DNA of 64,000 bases from an uncultured Methanosarcinales archaeon (GTDB lineage Archaea; Nanobdellota; Nanobdellia; Woesearchaeales; CAYVYK01): positions 16,356-80,355 of the forward strand of contig CAYVYK010000006.1 of assembly GCA_964455675.1 (NCBI GenBank), read 5' to 3'. The notes under the pieces were generated by a model, which had not been told where the DNA came from, did no database searches, and worked only from the letters and a program-made list of their open reading frames with translations. A program made the translations under genes and the position numbers. Of this stretch, positions 1 to 10,261 are shown one piece after another; the stretch's first letter is position 1; every line of letters starts with the position of its first letter.

Positions 1-45
1 TTTTTCATCATCAAGAAGTAATCAAAACATAACTTATTAATATAT

Positions 46-801
46 GTGGTAACTATCGGTTACCACATGATTGATGGCTTACGGGATCTTGGGCTCAGTA
101 CCAATGAGGCTACTGTATATACCTCTCTGATCGGCACGGGACGGCAAAGCGCAGCGGATATCATACGATTCACTAACCTCCACCGTAAGGTCGTATACGA
201 AAATCTCGATCGGCTAATCAATCGAGGCCTAGTCACTTTCGTTGTTGAGGGCAATCATCGCACGTTTCAGCTTGCTCCACCACATATGCTCACTGAAATG
301 GTCGATAAACAAGCAGTTGACATTGAACGCAAAAAAAATGAAGCAAAAAAGATTGCTGAGACAATAACGAGATCATATAAGCTCATACACATGGACCAAA
401 CCGTGGTCGTAGCTCGAGGGCATCATGGCATCAGGATGTTCTATCATGAGCTTCTCGTATCCCGAAAAGACTACCTCGTCATTGGAGGCCCATCATCCTC
501 ATTGGAAATAATGGGTGAGCATTTCTGGCGAAATTTCCTCCTGAATAAAAACAAAAAACACATTTACGCTCGAATACTCTTCAACACAACCCTTCGTACG
601 TATGGAGATTCTATCAGGAGCCGGCTTACAAAAATACGATACCTCTCCAGGGAGTTTGAACCTCAGACAGAAACTGTCATCCAGGGATCACGGGTTGGGA
701 TCATTGTATGGACGCAACAGCCCGTCGTCTTCATCATCGATGATCCTGTGGTCGCGGAAAGCTATAGAGGATTTTTTGAAAAGCTCTGGCGCGAACATTA
801 A
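46..801 (+). CDS. TrmB-family transcriptional regulator (N-terminal wHTH, C-terminal sugar-sensing-like domain)
   Basis: N-terminal HTH segment LGLSTNEATVYTSLIGTGRQSAADI typical of archaeal TrmB; ~250 aa; paralog of 6044..6799. Confidence 0.65.
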   Translation: MVTIGYHMIDGLRDLGLSTNEATVYTSLIGTGRQSAADIIRFTNLHRKVVYENLDRLINRGLVTFVVEGNHRTFQLAPPHMLTEMVDKQAVDIERKKNEAKKIAETITRSYKLIHMDQTVVVARGHHGIRMFYHELLVSRKDYLVIGGPSSSLEIMGEHFWRNFLLNKNKKHIYARILFNTTLRTYGDSIRSRLTKIRYLSREFEPQTETVIQGSRVGIIVWTQQPVVFIIDDPVVAESYRGFFEKLWREH

Positions 802-828
802 TATACTACAAAAAGCAGTGATCGTATC

Positions 829-2526
829 ATGGGTAGAGGCTTATTCCTGAAGATATACCTCGGAGCATTCGCTGTAGCCATACTCTTCGTTCTTGCACTG
901 GCCTTAACGGGACCTGGTTTAACATTCATCAACAGCCACCTTGGCTTGCAGATCATGAATCCTATCTGCCGTGATTACGCGCTACCGAGCGCAGATGTTT
1001 ACGTGCGCATCTATCCGAACAACAGCGCACTCATCGATGAAACAATTCATTACACGTTCAAAGGATGCTATCACGAAGTCTACCGAGAGCCAGAAATTCC
1101 ACGATCAGGAACGGGACCGTGGCTGAGTGAGATCAGCGCTTCTTGCGAGCCTGAATGCCAGACGGCCGATCGCATCTACGAGATCGCGGGATCGTTTGGA
1201 ACCATCTGTGACAGGGACGCAACATTTCGAGTCAGCATGACAGTCCAAAATGCCATGAACAAATGGGGATTCCACTACAAGCTCTGGGGGTCACAATGGG
1301 ACAAGAATTTACGACGCATGCATGCAACAATTGAAGCGCCGACGCTGGAAGGGCATGAGATCTATCTCAACCCACCTATCGGAACCGTAACCAGAAACGG
1401 AAACACAATCACCGTAGATGCGGAAAACGTCAATAATGCACTTGAAGTGTGGATTGCCGCGGAAGGAATTGCCACAGCGCAGCAGAAGGTATATGCAGTT
1501 TCCTATCGGCTTGTGAACATCTTCTCGATTATTGGCATTATCGGGTTCTGGCTGATCGCAATCATCGTCCCATTCCTGATCTACCGAGTGTACGGGGCAG
1601 AGCCAAACATTGCATATGACTACCCATACGAGCGAGAACCACCAGCACTCAAGCCGTACATGGCGCACGCACTCATTCGGACGGGAAACGTGAGCAGCGA
1701 TGCGATCATTGCGACACTGCTTGACCTCGTGCGGAGAAAGCACGCAACGATGGCAAAAAAAGGCACGAGCGTTGAATTCACATTCCAGCAAAATGCAAAA
1801 GATCCTCTCACACCGCCCGAGCAGAAGGTGTATGACTTCTTCTCAAAACATGCCGAAGGAGGAAAACTCGACTGGCAGATGTTCGAAGCGAAGATGGAAA
1901 CCCAGAAGATTTCAGGAGTCTTCACCTTTGACTGGGACTTCAAGAAATCAGTACGCGACGAATTTGCGAGCACGAAGCGTTTCAGCCACATGGGAAGTAC
2001 AATTTTCCGCATATTCTGCATCGTGATGGGAGCCCTTGCGTTAGCGCTGGTCATGTATGCAGCGAAAAAAAATTTTGCGGGGCTTTACCCACCCATTGAA
2101 CTCTTCTACTTTGCACTGCCCGTTATACCTATTGCACTTATCAGCCTCTTCATTCCGAGCAGAGTCTTCGGACAATTCACTGCTGAAGGACTCGAACTCT
2201 ACAGAAAAACGATGGCATACAAGAACTTCATGACCGACCTCACCTTGCTCAAGAAATACCCGCCCGCATCTCTCGTGATATGGGATGAAGTCCTGGTGTA
2301 TGCAACAGCGCTCGGCGTAGCGGACGAAGTCAGCAAGAACATGTCGATCATTGCACCACGAGAACGCACCGGAGGACGACTGTACCCTGCGTATGGAATG
2401 TCACTCCATTCAGGATATGCACACGCATACGCGGCAGCGGTAGCACCACGAGGAGGAGGTGGCGGCTTTGGCGGAGGAGGGCATGTTGGCGGCGGCTTTG
2501 GTGGAGGCGGCGGCGGAGCTCGTTGA
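829..2526 (+). CDS. DUF2207-like membrane protein with Gly-rich C-terminal tail
   Basis: N-terminal TM/signal, extracellular domain, several TM helices, C-terminal GGGGFGGGGHVGGGFGGGGGG tail characteristic of DUF2207 family. Confidence 0.55.
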   Translation: MGRGLFLKIYLGAFAVAILFVLALALTGPGLTFINSHLGLQIMNPICRDYALPSADVYVRIYPNNSALIDETIHYTFKGCYHEVYREPEIPRSGTGPWLSEISASCEPECQTADRIYEIAGSFGTICDRDATFRVSMTVQNAMNKWGFHYKLWGSQWDKNLRRMHATIEAPTLEGHEIYLNPPIGTVTRNGNTITVDAENVNNALEVWIAAEGIATAQQKVYAVSYRLVNIFSIIGIIGFWLIAIIVPFLIYRVYGAEPNIAYDYPYEREPPALKPYMAHALIRTGNVSSDAIIATLLDLVRRKHATMAKKGTSVEFTFQQNAKDPLTPPEQKVYDFFSKHAEGGKLDWQMFEAKMETQKISGVFTFDWDFKKSVRDEFASTKRFSHMGSTIFRIFCIVMGALALALVMYAAKKNFAGLYPPIELFYFALPVIPIALISLFIPSRVFGQFTAEGLELYRKTMAYKNFMTDLTLLKKYPPASLVIWDEVLVYATALGVADEVSKNMSIIAPRERTGGRLYPAYGMSLHSGYAHAYAAAVAPRGGGGGFGGGGHVGGGFGGGGGGAR

Positions 2527-2858
2527 GGAATGGTGCACTCATGCACAAAAACGCTATGATCAATAAATGACAAAAAACATAATTACGAGCCTTCGGCGAG
2601 CCCTGTCCCTTCCCCACAACAATCGATGGACAGGGCATCTTCTATCTGTGACCACACAATCCTGCGCTGCTTTTCGGCCGAAACGAGGGTATCTCCAGAA
2701 GGGGCTGGGGAACCATCCGTTTCTCTGTACGGCAGGCGTACAGTATTCCCCGCTATTATTATTTTAAACCAGTGAGAGAGCTATATGTCTAGAACCTCAG
2801 GTTCACGAGCTGTTCGGCGGAAAGCTTTAAAAAGCACAGAAAACGCCCATGGACCGGC

Positions 2859-2931
2859 AGCCCCGTGGTGTAGCGGCCAATCATCCGAGACTCTGGATCT
2901 CGGGACCTCGGTTCGAATCCGGGCGGGGCTA
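2859..2931 (+). tRNA. tRNA-Gln (anticodon CTG)
   Basis: Cloverleaf read directly: acceptor AGCCCCG/CGGGGCT, anticodon stem CGAGA/TCTCG, loop CTCTGGA, T-arm CTCGG-TTCGAAT-CCGGG, discriminator A, no encoded CCA; TATA-like CTTTAAAAAG ~30 bp upstream. Confidence 0.85.
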
Positions 2932-3071
2932 TTGAACATTTGCGTAGTTAATTTAGGGCGAGTTCAACTATATCCGTTCTTTTATGTTAACGAGCTACTG
3001 TCAAATATTTGAATCAGTTTACCGCGAATGCGCAACAACCTTTTTATTTCTACTGATAACACTCATGCGAG

Positions 3072-3485
3072 ATGTCATCTCATAAGCCGAGAAAACCACC
3101 TATCATAAAGCCTATTGCTGGTCCTATGGGTCATTTACCGCCACCCCAGCATTATACGTTTGTCCCGGATACGAATATCGACGGTGAAGTTGACTTTCAA
3201 CTTGGAATGATAGGGGATCCAAACGAACTACGGCGAAGAACACAAGACCAGGGACTTCCGATTACGTATGTGGAGTACCTTCCAAGGCTGCAAGTACTGC
3301 ACTGCCGTACTTCTCGAGAACTCTATGAACAACTCTTTCGTGCCAAGCTAGGACATGAGCCTGATGCTGCGGGTACTGCAGGATATTCTCATAGAGGATT
3401 TTGGGAAATACAAAAGGGCAGCATTCCCAAAGATCTAGGTGACCTGGTTCTCGACGTCCACCTGTATATCGCTCATAGAATCTAG
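3072..3485 (+). CDS. hypothetical protein
   Basis: 137-aa ORF, no recognisable motif. Confidence 0.4.
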   Translation: MSSHKPRKPPIIKPIAGPMGHLPPPQHYTFVPDTNIDGEVDFQLGMIGDPNELRRRTQDQGLPITYVEYLPRLQVLHCRTSRELYEQLFRAKLGHEPDAAGTAGYSHRGFWEIQKGSIPKDLGDLVLDVHLYIAHRI

Positions 3486-3608
3486 TATCCTATTGATTGT
3501 ACGCTGATGCTACTCCAGATGGGGCTATTTTACACAGGGCAGTCATCTTTTCGTGATGCCCCCCGTTTTTTGTCCAGTATAGTCCTAGGTGATATGACGC
3601 TTCCTCGA

Positions 3609-4424
3609 TTATGGGAATACAAATTTCCATGTCAGGCATCTAAACAGCGGCAAAGCCATAACGAAGATTCCCAAGACCACTACAGAAATAATCACATACA
3701 GAATTGTTTGTTTTACAGTAATTTTTTCCTGTACGTTCATCCTGCTAAATGATTCACCCAATCTAAAAAACAGGATTGGTATTGCAAAGGACTGGATCAC
3801 ATAGAACGTGCACCAAATGGAAGGAGAATCAGTGCATACATTGACGGAAAAGAAGAAATAACCGCCGAGTACATAAATCGCGGTGAGTATGAACGAAATA
3901 TCTGCAATGGACAATAAATAAACCAGGAGTGTTTTTCTCGAGTCATTATCCTTAATTTCAGAGTATATTTTAAAAGCACAGACATGCCAGTAGATAAACA
4001 GGAACAACCATGTTGCTGCCCAAAAAAAAGCTGAATTATGTTTTAGATAAAAAACTCCTTCTGAGAAATTTAAATTCGAAAGCAGTATCTGTACTGAAAC
4101 GAATGCAATAAGGATGAGCGAAAGCCAAGTATGCAATTTTTTGTTACATAAAACCTCTAAAGAACTCAGGAGAAAATACACTCCACAAACCGAGATGATT
4201 AGTCCTATTTTGTACACTAGTTGATTGTTTGTAAGTAATGATAAAAACTCAAAAAACTGATGTAACCCAATACACAGGAATACCAACATAGACCGACGTA
4301 AAAAGATAGGTAGCCATTCCTTATCAGAATTCTGATATTTTCCTCGGTAATGTGTGTAATATGCCAGAGCAGAAACAAGAATTATCATTGACGTAATCAA
4401 TTGAACTTCTTTGCTATAACACAT
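3609..4424 (-). CDS. polytopic membrane protein (7-8 predicted TM), unknown function
   Basis: 271-aa ORF with multiple long hydrophobic segments; markedly AT-rich (~35% GC) relative to neighbours. Confidence 0.5.
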   Translation of the reverse strand: MCYSKEVQLITSMIILVSALAYYTHYRGKYQNSDKEWLPIFLRRSMLVFLCIGLHQFFEFLSLLTNNQLVYKIGLIISVCGVYFLLSSLEVLCNKKLHTWLSLILIAFVSVQILLSNLNFSEGVFYLKHNSAFFWAATWLFLFIYWHVCAFKIYSEIKDNDSRKTLLVYLLSIADISFILTAIYVLGGYFFFSVNVCTDSPSIWCTFYVIQSFAIPILFFRLGESFSRMNVQEKITVKQTILYVIISVVVLGIFVMALPLFRCLTWKFVFP

Positions 4425-4502
4425 GTGTCAGACACTGATTATTGAATACATAAATGTTGTGCCAATGCTGTCTTGACCTGTCTGTAACAGTTGGCCAGGG
4501 CC

Positions 4503-5168
4503 CTAAGGCTTTGCACGAAGATCTTTCCTCTTGGAAATCATGTATGCACCGGCGGCGAATGCGGGAAATACCAGCCTATGGTACATAGGTGATACTTGAC
4601 CTAGGAGCACTGTTTCGCAAACCAGATAGTTGGATGCGACCATGCCCGCATAGATACCAAGATCACGAATCGCCTTTGCACGCGTTCGAAATTGCGGAGT
4701 GATCATCAAGAGAGGGTAGGATAATGGGCTTCTTTTGATCCTTGTTGAATCCTTGGCATACCCAAAATCTGCCCTCAGTTCATCATACAGACGGGCAGCT
4801 CCTTCGGGATTATTGGAAGTGACGAGGTCGTATACGGAATCGAAAAATACCTTCCGGTAGAGCTTCTGATGGAAATGCGCACCAGTAAACGGGAAGGGTC
4901 GCCTGATCCAGCCGTCGAGATAGACCCTTTGATTGTCTTGAACACTCACGGCGTCCGCCCAAAATAATCCTGCAACGCCCTGCGGCGTACTGCAGAAATA
5001 CATCGTCTCCTCAGGTTCAGCATGCGAAGCGAAGCTCGAGCGGTTCTCCATCAGGAGATACAGTGCGTCCTTTCGGTTTCCAAGGAACGTAAGACGAATT
5101 CTATCATCATGGAATTCATCTGCGGCTGTTCTCTCGGGCGGCTCGGCGAGAAGGCAATCGATCGTCAT
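4503..5168 (-). CDS. hypothetical protein
   Basis: 221-aa ORF, no recognisable motif; divergent from 5204..6025. Confidence 0.45.
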   Translation of the reverse strand: MTIDCLLAEPPERTAADEFHDDRIRLTFLGNRKDALYLLMENRSSFASHAEPEETMYFCSTPQGVAGLFWADAVSVQDNQRVYLDGWIRRPFPFTGAHFHQKLYRKVFFDSVYDLVTSNNPEGAARLYDELRADFGYAKDSTRIKRSPLSYPLLMITPQFRTRAKAIRDLGIYAGMVASNYLVCETVLLGQVSPMYHRLVFPAFAAGAYMISKRKDLRAKP

Positions 5169-5203
5169 ACACTACGAGAATACGCCTGGAATTTTTATGC
5201 TTT

Positions 5204-6025
5204 TTGTGTGGATCATCAAAAAACCTATGCAGAAAGCCGACACTGCATCGATCAATGTTCATATTTATTAATGATCCTTCACCTCCCTCTTGTATGAAAA
5301 ACCATCCAAGGTCTGGCCTCGAGACGGTGCTATCATCATATCATCATGAAGCCAAGGAACCTGATAAGCCGGTCATCACGCCAGAAACTGAACATGACTA
5401 TATCAAGTACAAGAACCGAGTATTCCGCGTACCGGTACCGATGATTGGATACCTCGCTGACCAACCGGAGCACCAAGTCCGTATCGTAGAGCGCACACTC
5501 GAAAATGGCGTCAACCACATGTACGAGGATCGGGTATCGGGATGCATGTACTGCGGGCATTACTCATTTGACACGCTCGGAACAGTCATGGCGGGAAACG
5601 CCATCTTTCATCAAGTAACCGGAACACCTGGAATGGCAGTGAACGCATGCCTCTACCGACGCGTTGAGGACGTTCTCTGGGCAACGACTTTTACGAATAA
5701 CACGACCGGAGAAAAAGTCATGGCAGTCAAGACACCGTGCGTGATGGACGATACACTCATCGCATACCTTGCGGAGACTGGACTGCTTAATCAGTATGAG
5801 ACCCAAGAACCGTTCAAATTCCCACGCTTCATTGATATCGCAGGAATCCCGGAGCAGGCAGCGCGGTTTGAACTCTATGATCATGCGGAAGTATTGGTGG
5901 AAAGCGTGGATACACAAGTTCCAGGGGAGACCCTCATCATGCGAGCAGAACCAGGAGAGGGGACAATGAGCATTCTCACTCGACTTCTTCATGAAGTCAG
6001 AAGATATTTTGGACGAAGGCAGTAA
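5204..6025 (+). CDS. hypothetical protein (start uncertain)
   Basis: 273-aa ORF; internal Met candidates (MKNHPRSG, MIGYLADQ) may be true start. Confidence 0.45.
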   Translation: MCGSSKNLCRKPTLHRSMFIFINDPSPPSCMKNHPRSGLETVLSSYHHEAKEPDKPVITPETEHDYIKYKNRVFRVPVPMIGYLADQPEHQVRIVERTLENGVNHMYEDRVSGCMYCGHYSFDTLGTVMAGNAIFHQVTGTPGMAVNACLYRRVEDVLWATTFTNNTTGEKVMAVKTPCVMDDTLIAYLAETGLLNQYETQEPFKFPRFIDIAGIPEQAARFELYDHAEVLVESVDTQVPGETLIMRAEPGEGTMSILTRLLHEVRRYFGRRQ

Positions 6026-6043
6026 ACCAGATGACACGCACCA

Positions 6044-6799
6044 TCATGGTCTCTTCGCCTGCTTCCACAGCAGCTCAAAATGCTTTTGGAAACTCGCCGC
6101 AACGTGCGCATTCTTGATCTGAAACACGAGCGGGCTTTCCTTGACAAGCACAAAGAACGCAACGCTGTCACCATAAATCTCGGTCGTGGCGGGCATTTCC
6201 ATCTCTCCAGAAAGGAAGCGATACTCTGTGTGAGGAAGTTTTCTCCGAATCCGATACAGTGACTTGTACTTCACATTCAGCAGCTGGCGGTGCACAATAC
6301 CTTTCTTTGCACGAATGACCTGCCGGCTGTTAAAATAATTCTCCCAGTGCTTGGGCTGGCTGGAAAGCCCCATGCTGAGCCACTCCTCGCCGCGCTTGAG
6401 CGACTGGATAATTTCCTCGTTTGCCGTCTTCATACCTTCCCAACCCATGAATATCTTCGCCTCAGATTTTGGCGTGCTGACACGTTTCATCATGAGCGAT
6501 GGGAGGATGTTCTGGATGGCAACGCGCTCCTCGTCGATCGACTCCTTTTTCTGCTCCAGATAATCGAGAATGCGTTCAGGACTTGCAGCCTCAAAAAACC
6601 TAACACCATTTTTCACCACATTTGTTACAAGACCCTTTGCCATGAGGCGATCGAGGACTTCATAAACCTTGGATCCAGAAATGCCTGATTTTTTTGTGAT
6701 CTTTCCCGAAGAAGAACTTCCTATATCAAGAAGCGCAAGATATACCCTGATCTCGCCGTCTGTGAGGCCGATGGCGCGCAGAGATTCCTTCATGAGCAC
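6044..6799 (-). CDS. TrmB-family transcriptional regulator
   Basis: N-terminal HTH LTDGEIRVYLALLDIGSSSSGKITKKSGISGSKVYEVLDRLMAKGLV; 251 aa; second TrmB paralog in window. Confidence 0.7.
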   Translation of the reverse strand: MLMKESLRAIGLTDGEIRVYLALLDIGSSSSGKITKKSGISGSKVYEVLDRLMAKGLVTNVVKNGVRFFEAASPERILDYLEQKKESIDEERVAIQNILPSLMMKRVSTPKSEAKIFMGWEGMKTANEEIIQSLKRGEEWLSMGLSSQPKHWENYFNSRQVIRAKKGIVHRQLLNVKYKSLYRIRRKLPHTEYRFLSGEMEMPATTEIYGDSVAFFVLVKESPLVFQIKNAHVAASFQKHFELLWKQAKRP

Positions 6800-6904
6800 T
6801 CTGAAAACAGGATAGATATAAAAACCTGCTTATTACTACGTACGCGGGGGGGAATAAAACTCTTAAACTGGCATGTACTTACGGCATTGTAACAATGAAT
6901 CACC

Positions 6905-7612
6905 ATGACACTTGAATATCGGCTACAACAGACAGTCCAGAAGTACACCAGAGCAGAATGGGGGCCTGAATTCGATATTGGAGAAGACCTCGGACAGAGG
7001 TATGACCTGGCCCAGCACCTTGAACAAAGAAACCGGCTTTCAGAAGCAAAAGAAATTATCGATGATCTTGAGTTATTGCTCCCTCATCATCCTGGCATCC
7101 TCAACACGTCGGGAGGTATCTATGCCCGAATGGGAGAACCTGTGCTTGCCCTCGAAAAATTCGAGCGTGCGCTCGCACATTTGCCTGCGCACTTTCACTA
7201 TTTTGAATGCATGACGGTCCAAAACATCGGGGCCGCGCTCTGCAAGATGGGACGGTGGGAGGAAGGAGAACAAAGACTTCTTGAAGCCATAGAGATGGAT
7301 CCCATGAGCCTCACAACACTCGTGAACCTTGGACAGTGCGCAGAACGCAGAAGATCGTACAAAGAAGCAGAAGAGCGATACCTTGAGGCTATCTGGCAAG
7401 GGATAGGAACAGGTGATTACTCAGACGTTCTCGTCGGTGCGGCATTACGACTATTTTATGTGTATGCTATTCAACAGCACGTTGAATATATCCGAGATCT
7501 CATGGAAACACTTGTTCCACAGCTGAATCGGGACGTGCAGCGGGGTATCCATCTTGTACTGCAAGACATGGAACGAATGGTGAAAGAGTATGATGCTTCC
7601 AGTGGCCGATGA
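6905..7612 (+). CDS. TPR-repeat protein
   Basis: Several 34-residue helical repeats with TPR-like A/L/Y periodicity (e.g. GEPVLALEKFERALAHLP, YKEAEERYLEAI). Confidence 0.5.
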   Translation: MTLEYRLQQTVQKYTRAEWGPEFDIGEDLGQRYDLAQHLEQRNRLSEAKEIIDDLELLLPHHPGILNTSGGIYARMGEPVLALEKFERALAHLPAHFHYFECMTVQNIGAALCKMGRWEEGEQRLLEAIEMDPMSLTTLVNLGQCAERRRSYKEAEERYLEAIWQGIGTGDYSDVLVGAALRLFYVYAIQQHVEYIRDLMETLVPQLNRDVQRGIHLVLQDMERMVKEYDASSGR

Positions 7613-8084
7613 ACGAGCAATGCGGCAACTTTTGCTTGCGCATCGACCACAATGGATTCTTGCGAGCATGAGGAGGGATTTCCTCCTCGCATATGAACTC
7701 CTGGAGAATTATGACTATGATCGACTCGCGCTCCTGATGCGAAGGAACGGATGCTATCTCTCGAGAGAACCAGCATCAGAAAGCTATGAAACACAATGCT
7801 TTAACTGGCATGCAGAGAGCGAAAAAAACCTTGTCGCTGGGGTGATTGACGCCAAAATACAAGAGTACGGTCTCGATCGATTCTTTTATGACATCATTGA
7901 TGGAATACGCGGATCACACCACTGCATATACGAATGGGATGAAAAGGCTCCGCTGATGCAGCGTGTAAGCCAGCTATGCGCGTGCACGAATATGGCGCTG
8001 ATCGCTGCACGACACTACATCAGGCGATGGGAATCCTATTACTACCAATCATCAGACGATTACAATTCACGTACCTTGCCGTAA
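7590..8084 (+). CDS. hypothetical protein
   Basis: 164-aa ORF overlapping the TPR gene by 23 nt (operon-like). Confidence 0.4.
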   Translation: MMLPVADERAMRQLLLAHRPQWILASMRRDFLLAYELLENYDYDRLALLMRRNGCYLSREPASESYETQCFNWHAESEKNLVAGVIDAKIQEYGLDRFFYDIIDGIRGSHHCIYEWDEKAPLMQRVSQLCACTNMALIAARHYIRRWESYYYQSSDDYNSRTLP

Positions 8085-8339
8085 TCTCATACACTGCGCT
8101 AATCACTCTCAATAAGGCTTCTTTGAGAGAATTTCACATACCTCTGATAGAAAAAACTAAGGCCTACTTGAGAAGTACCTCCACTGTGAATACCACTTGG
8201 CGATTTCATGCTAAATACCTCCATTATGTTTTCGCAATCCTTTCGGAAATTTTTTTTGTTGCAGGGCTCTCAACTATGTCTAACTCCGATGTGTAAGGCT
8301 CACCTACGAGCAGTCGGTTGTACCCTCTCTTTTTGTAGT

Positions 8340-8630
8340 TCATGCCTCTTCCTCCAATAATCTCTCGTACTCACGTCTGTATGCACTCCACAGTCCTGTC
8401 CAATCACGTTTTAACGAAGCGTTCTTTATGAGTTGATGGCCCTTCCTCCGATGTTCTTCCATCCTCATGAACCACTTGTCCAACCCAACATCTCCCATTT
8501 TCCCAACCTCCTTCTTTTGCCAGACAGTTAGATATTGATTACCAGAACAATTCTTGAGCACTTGCCTATACTCACTGCCCATGCTTATGCCATTCGTCCT
8601 AGCTAAAAAAATAAAAAAAATATTTACCAC
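8340..8630 (-). CDS. hypothetical small protein
   Basis: 96-aa ORF at the edge of a gene-poor region; weak support. Confidence 0.25.
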   Translation of the reverse strand: MVNIFFIFLARTNGISMGSEYRQVLKNCSGNQYLTVWQKKEVGKMGDVGLDKWFMRMEEHRRKGHQLIKNASLKRDWTGLWSAYRREYERLLEEEA

Positions 8631-9385
8631 CTTACACCACCTTACTAGACTACATACTCAACTGCACTAATTACAGCTTACTACAGCTAACAGCTGCACT
8701 AATTTACAGAACTAACCTCGGCTATAGCTATTCGCCTACAGCTCATCATTTATAGCTCATCACTTGCACTCCCCGTGTGCAACAGACCAATGTATACCCT
8801 ATTCCCCCTTATTTCTACATACCCTTCTATTCTCTACGAGCGACCAATGGCATATCTACTCTCACAGATATCCCCATCTCTAATACTGTCCTATCTCCCA
8901 CTGTCTCATCTCTGGCGCTTACTCACTTGCTACGCTGTACAGATGGACTCCCAATTCCTCAATTTCCCAAGCCGATAGTTCGTCCATTTCATCAGACGAA
9001 CGTACTTTTCCGAACTTATCTTGAAACAACATCATACTCGCACCCCTTCTGTCTGCATCCGTATCTGATGGGCCATCCGTATTGGTTGGCAATGCGTTTA
9101 CTGATGTTCAAAGGCACCGATCAACCCAACGACCCGCAATATAGTCATTCCATGCTCAACCGCGTATTACTACCTATGGTAGGGAAGGTCAATCATTTTA
9201 GAGGAAATGGTTGACTATCCATTCACTCCCATCTTTTTCTCAGATGCTCCTTTCACATTGTACGACGATAAAAATGGGCTATTCACCATAAATGGGATAT
9301 AGTTACTACTCAGATTTGATGAAATGTCATCTTCGAATTTTTCTTATATCCAGCATCTTACACTCTAAGCTCATATCCCCTTACT
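8631..9385. other. gene-poor, G-depleted (plus strand) region with degenerate short direct repeats
   Basis: No convincing ORF; only low-complexity Pro/Tyr-rich frames; repeats CTGCACTAATT(T)ACAG x2 (~8662 and ~8694) and AGCTCATCA x2 (8740, 8753). Confidence 0.5.
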
Positions 9386-9877
9386 GTGCTACCCGCTTCC
9401 ATACTGCAGAATCCGAACGTGCTCGCTACCATCCAGCTATCTGATATGCTGCGGATACCGGTTACGCCTGTTTATCAGAAATGCCCCTATTCATTTTACG
9501 ATTGGAGCCATGGGGCTTATAGGATTTTTGCGAAAGATTCGATGTACTATGCACGATATAATGTAGAGGTAACAAATTTGAAGGATAAAGAACAGTACAC
9601 TTGTAAACAGGAAAATCAGATGCGATCCGTTCACGACTTCCTGGAGAATCATGAAGGGACAAAGAACGACGTATGCGACCTTCAAAAACACATTAGGAAA
9701 GCACGCAAGAAGGCCCTGTGGGCCAAAGCACATGTTCAATGTCACTAGGACCGCTCCAGCGATACCCAGAAGAAGAGTGATTACCAACTTTATCCAATTG
9801 AACTTGAGAAACTCCTTGATATCCATGATGAACAACGATATACATTCTCTATTAATATTTTTCTGAAAATGTCTCCT

Positions 9878-10180
9878 CTAAGAAAAATATTCCGGATCGT
9901 CAGAGCGCACTTCTGTAACCTTTCGCTCTCTTGAAAGATCATTCATCTCGAGCATGCGCTTCATGCTTACAGGACCACAATTTATGCAGACGAAAAAGAT
10001 GCCGAACTTACCCTTCTTCTGCTCAAGGGCTTTCCCGCATGCGCAGCGAATGAGCGGAAGGCGGCGCTCCTTGTGAGCTGCGCAAACAGGAACGCCTTCC
10101 ACAGACAGGGAGAACGCCTGCTTGCCGCAGAAGGGGCAAGTGTCGACCTTACTCTCGCCATAGCGCTTTGGAATATACAT
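9878..10180 (-). CDS. zinc-ribbon protein (two CxxC..CxxC clusters)
   Basis: CPFCGK...C...H and CACGK...CINCGP motifs in a 100-aa ORF. Confidence 0.5.
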   Translation of the reverse strand: MYIPKRYGESKVDTCPFCGKQAFSLSVEGVPVCAAHKERRLPLIRCACGKALEQKKGKFGIFFVCINCGPVSMKRMLEMNDLSRERKVTEVRSDDPEYFS

Positions 10181-10261
10181 GCCTCATTTGTGGAAGGTCC
10201 ATCTTTTTATATTTTTGTCTCCGAGGATGAGGGCCCAAGCGGGTGCACAGGGATCTGCATC

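Noticed and set aside
2199-2573. 124-aa poly-Pro ORF on the minus strand (PPPPPKPPPT...)
   Set aside because: It is the antisense translation of the GGN-repeat Gly-rich tail of the DUF2207-like gene, so it is a compositional artefact.
8777-9214. 145-aa Pro/Tyr-rich ORF in the gene-poor region
   Set aside because: It is low-complexity, has no start context, and overlaps other equally weak frames. It is treated as non-coding.
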